NCBI GenBank assembly: GCA_964522465.1 | Contig: CAZFVH010000003.1 | Coordinates: 32,338-96,337 of the forward strand | DNA length: 64,000 nucleotides | Source of the DNA: an uncultured Rubrivivax sp. | Lineage (GTDB): Bacteria > Pseudomonadota > Gammaproteobacteria > Burkholderiales > Burkholderiaceae_C | Direction: 5' to 3' | Part shown: positions 63,530 to 64,000 of the stretch, piece after piece | How the letters are laid out: each line of letters begins with the position of its first letter | Numbering within the stretch: the stretch's first letter is position 1 | Notes under the pieces: generated by a model | Seen by the model: the letters and a program-made list of their open reading frames with translations, nothing else | Told to the model about the DNA's origin: nothing | Databases searched by the model: none | Translations under genes and position numbers: made by a program

Positions 63530-64000
63530 TCAAACTCTGAGCAGCCAGCGCCAGGCCGGCAGGACCTGGATGATGCCCTCTTCGGTGGTCAGCCGGTCGT
63601 CCTCGTCCAGGGTCACGATCGTGCCCTCGCTCAGACCGCGCTCGCGCATGGCCTGGCGCAAGCCTCGAAGTTCGCGCTCGCGGGTGGCGGGCTGGGACAT
63701 CGACTCCGTGACCTGCACGGCCTGTGCCTCGCCCAAGGGCGTCCGCGCGATGAAATCGGTCTCGAAGCCGGCTTCGCTTCGGAAGTAGTGGATCTCGTGG
63801 CCGCGGCGCCGCAGGTCGAGGAAGACGAGGGTCTCGAGCCAGCGGCCCCGGTCGGCGTCGGGGCTGGCGCTGAAGGCCTGCGCCAGGCCGGTGTCGATCG
63901 GGTAGACCCTGCGCGGATTGACCATGCGCTGCCGCTCCGATCGGGTGTCGATGTCCACCGCCTGCACGAGGTAGGCGTCCTCCAGGTGACCCAGCATCTC
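63530..64000 (-). CDS. AAA-type ATPase C-terminal region (DUF4143-like), 5-prime part beyond the window
   Basis: The frame is open to the window edge. NPRRVYPIDTGLAQAF...WLETLVFLDLRRRGHEIHYFRSEAGFETDFIA is the C-terminal nuclease-like domain pattern of DUF4143 ATPases. Confidence 0.7.
   Translation of the reverse strand, partial: EMLGHLEDAYLVQAVDIDTRSERQRMVNPRRVYPIDTGLAQAFSASPDADRGRWLETLVFLDLRRRGHEIHYFRSEAGFETDFIARTPLGEAQAVQVTESMSQPATRERELRGLRQAMRERGLSEGTIVTLDEDDRLTTEEGIIQVLPAWRWLLRV

Noticed and set aside
1-64000. tRNA, rRNA, integrase, transposase or prophage genes marking a genomic island
   Set aside because: No T-loop-like GGTTCGA contexts lie outside coding sequence, and no recombinase or transposase motifs appear in any ORF. 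Only the cas/TA scar hints at past horizontal acquisition.

Overview
Very GC-rich chromosomal segment, by eye about two-thirds to 70 percent G+C, so every frame carries long Arg/Ala/Gly/Pro-rich shadow ORFs. It looks betaproteobacterial (Burkholderiales-like) because it carries Bug/TctC receptors, TctBA, AmpG and a Zur-ZnuCBA-DUF2796 cluster; this assignment is inference only. I call about 60 protein genes, many joined by 4-nt ATGA/GTGA start-stop overlaps. I see no rRNA or tRNA, no intact mobile element and no CRISPR array. From left to right the window holds: the tail of an SNF2 helicase with a SWIM-finger partner and a small Cys-cluster protein; two peptide/opine-type ABC importers, the second followed by an Ldh_2 oxidoreductase and a homocysteine S-methyltransferase and flanked by LysR regulators; trxC, ampG and an M48 peptidase; a LysR-divergent operon of TPP enzyme, transthyretin-like protein, DmdA/GcvT-like methyltransferase, MetV/MetF-type methylene-THF reductase and S51 peptidase; a periplasmic IorAB-type molybdoenzyme followed directly by soxX, a soxY-like gene, soxZ and soxA, where the SoxY-like protein ends in PACVETS instead of GGCGG; a GAF protein; a hypothetical-infA paralog-csp cluster; a 1451-aa SNF2 helicase; tctBA; apt; a FAH, flavin monooxygenase and TAXI-TRAP cluster; zur-znuCBA-DUF2796; a Bug-P450-RraA-like operon; a decayed type I-E cas remnant (cas6e and cas1 fragments) with a toxin-antitoxin pair exactly between them; coq7; a DUF2817 protein; a VanA-like Rieske oxygenase; and a partial DUF4143 ATPase. 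The best candidates for undescribed biology are the IorAB plus variant-SoxY cluster, the THF-dependent demethylation operon with a non-canonical transthyretin-like protein, the two SNF2 modules, and the TA-guarded cas relic. All functional calls come from motif and family recognition by eye; no searches were run.
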